Under the pieces are notes generated by a model. It saw only the letters and a list, made by a program, of their open reading frames with translations, did not search any database and was not told the DNA's origin. The translations under genes and the position numbers were made by a program. 50,532 nt of DNA from an uncultured archaeon (lineage in GTDB: Archaea; Asgardarchaeota; Lokiarchaeia; Sigyniarchaeales; SOKP01): the NCBI GenBank assembly GCA_964525635.1, contig CAZGJX010000014.1, forward strand, positions 1 through 50,532, written 5' to 3'. Below, piece by piece: positions 49,429 through 50,532 of this stretch. Position 1 is the stretch's first letter. Every line of letters begins with the position of its first letter.

Positions 49429-50347
49429 AGATTATAAAATTTCTGATTTTATTGAGGATTTTTTAATCGCAAAAGAAGTTGAAGAAGGATGTAGTACATC
49501 AACTATTAAAGCATATAGATATGATTTAGAGAAATTAATAGAAATAATAGGTGATGTTGAAATCGAGCATAAGCTAATACGTCAGAAAATAAGATTATTT
49601 CTAAAAATCCTAAAAGATAAAGGATATACAAAAAAAGCAATTGGTCGTAAAATTGCATGTTTAAGATCATATTTTAAATTTTTAACACTTAATGAGTTCA
49701 TTTCAAATAATCCAATGCTTACTATTAAAACACCAAAAATCAGGATAGAAGAGAGTCTTCCTAAATTCTTAGATATAAACGATGTAAAAATAATACTTAA
49801 TAACCTAAAGAATAGAAAAATATTTAATTCTAGGAAAAGTGAAAGATATTACTTAATGATTCGATTATTTTACTCCACAATGGCAAGAGTAAGTGAATTA
49901 TGCAGTATTAGAATAAATGATGTAAATTTTGAAAAAGGATATATTAGATTAAGAGGAAAAGGAAATAAAGAAAGAATAGTTCCAGTAGATCGAGGAACAA
50001 TCCTATATATCTATAAATTCTTAGATGATAGAATAAAATATAATTCAGACGATTATTTATTAGTAAACACAAGAAATGAACAATTAAAACCTAGGGTTGT
50101 CCAAAATGATATAAAATATATTAAAGAGAAATGTGGATTTCCAGAATCAAAAAAGATCACACCTCATGTTTTCCGTCATACAGGTGCAACACATCTAAGA
50201 AGGTCAGGAATGGATATTAGCGAACTTCAAGATATTTTAGGCCATAGTAGTCCAAATACAACACGTATTTATGCAAAAAACGATATTTCCAAATTGAAAC
50301 AATCTTACACATCTATGCATCCTCTAAATAATTCGAGAGATCTTTAA
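49424..50347 (+). CDS. xerA: XerA/XerC-D family tyrosine recombinase
   Basis: STIKAYRYDL, ARVSEL (R), GKGNKER (K), TPHVFRHTGATH (HxxR), LGHSSPNTTRIY (H, Y). Confidence 0.92.
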   Translation: MEDYKISDFIEDFLIAKEVEEGCSTSTIKAYRYDLEKLIEIIGDVEIEHKLIRQKIRLFLKILKDKGYTKKAIGRKIACLRSYFKFLTLNEFISNNPMLTIKTPKIRIEESLPKFLDINDVKIILNNLKNRKIFNSRKSERYYLMIRLFYSTMARVSELCSIRINDVNFEKGYIRLRGKGNKERIVPVDRGTILYIYKFLDDRIKYNSDDYLLVNTRNEQLKPRVVQNDIKYIKEKCGFPESKKITPHVFRHTGATHLRRSGMDISELQDILGHSSPNTTRIYAKNDISKLKQSYTSMHPLNNSRDL

Positions 50348-50532
50348 ATCGGGTTTAATTCTTATTTGGTATATTTTGATTTTAAAAAGAAATTTATTCA
50401 CAAATAATTTCTATTTTTCACTTAGAATAATATTTACAAAAAAATTATTTGTTGGGGTTTAGAAAAAGTAAAAATTATTAATTGAGGGTATTTTAGAATT
50501 TAGGTAGTGAATCTAAAATTAAAAATCATTCA

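Noticed and set aside
49424-50347. Integrase marking a provirus or integrated element
   Set aside because: It looks like a chromosomal XerA next to housekeeping trxB, with no att repeat or mobile-element genes inside the window; the sequence beyond the window edge is unseen.
1-50532. CRISPR arrays, rRNA genes, IS/transposases
   Set aside because: I saw no regularly spaced repeats, no long rRNA-like GC-rich tract and no transposase motifs.

Overview
Very AT-rich (roughly 25% GC by eye) archaeal chromosomal segment. The gene content points to Asgard archaea, most likely Lokiarchaeia/Promethearchaeota (inference): aCPSF1/FttA, an archaeal tRNA-Gln with BHB introns, archaeal RNase P RNA, XerA, several LRR proteins, 7TM and 7TM-longin proteins, and a PCI/winged-helix repeat protein. 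Housekeeping genes (purN, hisA, dnaK-dnaJ, hppA, mgsA, a trxB-like gene, xerA) alternate with accessory surface, glycan-modifying and signalling genes. I saw no CRISPR array, rRNA or IS element. The strongest leads are: (1) a 783-aa protein with Zn fingers, UFL1/PCI-like winged-helix repeats and an adaptin/COP/BBSome-like appendage; (2) a tRNA-Gln(CUG) split by two introns at non-canonical positions; (3) an unannotated ~130-nt structured element with tandem motifs at 6303-6432; (4) a signal-peptide ORF joined to a 1401-aa surface protein through a correctly phased -1 slippery heptamer; (5) a structured leader and a codon-usage switch in aCPSF1; (6) tandem dif-like palindromes over the xerA start; (7) several genes that appear to need AUU/non-AUG starts; (8) a decaying acyltransferase-3 triplication. 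All family calls come from motif recognition by eye; no database searches were run.
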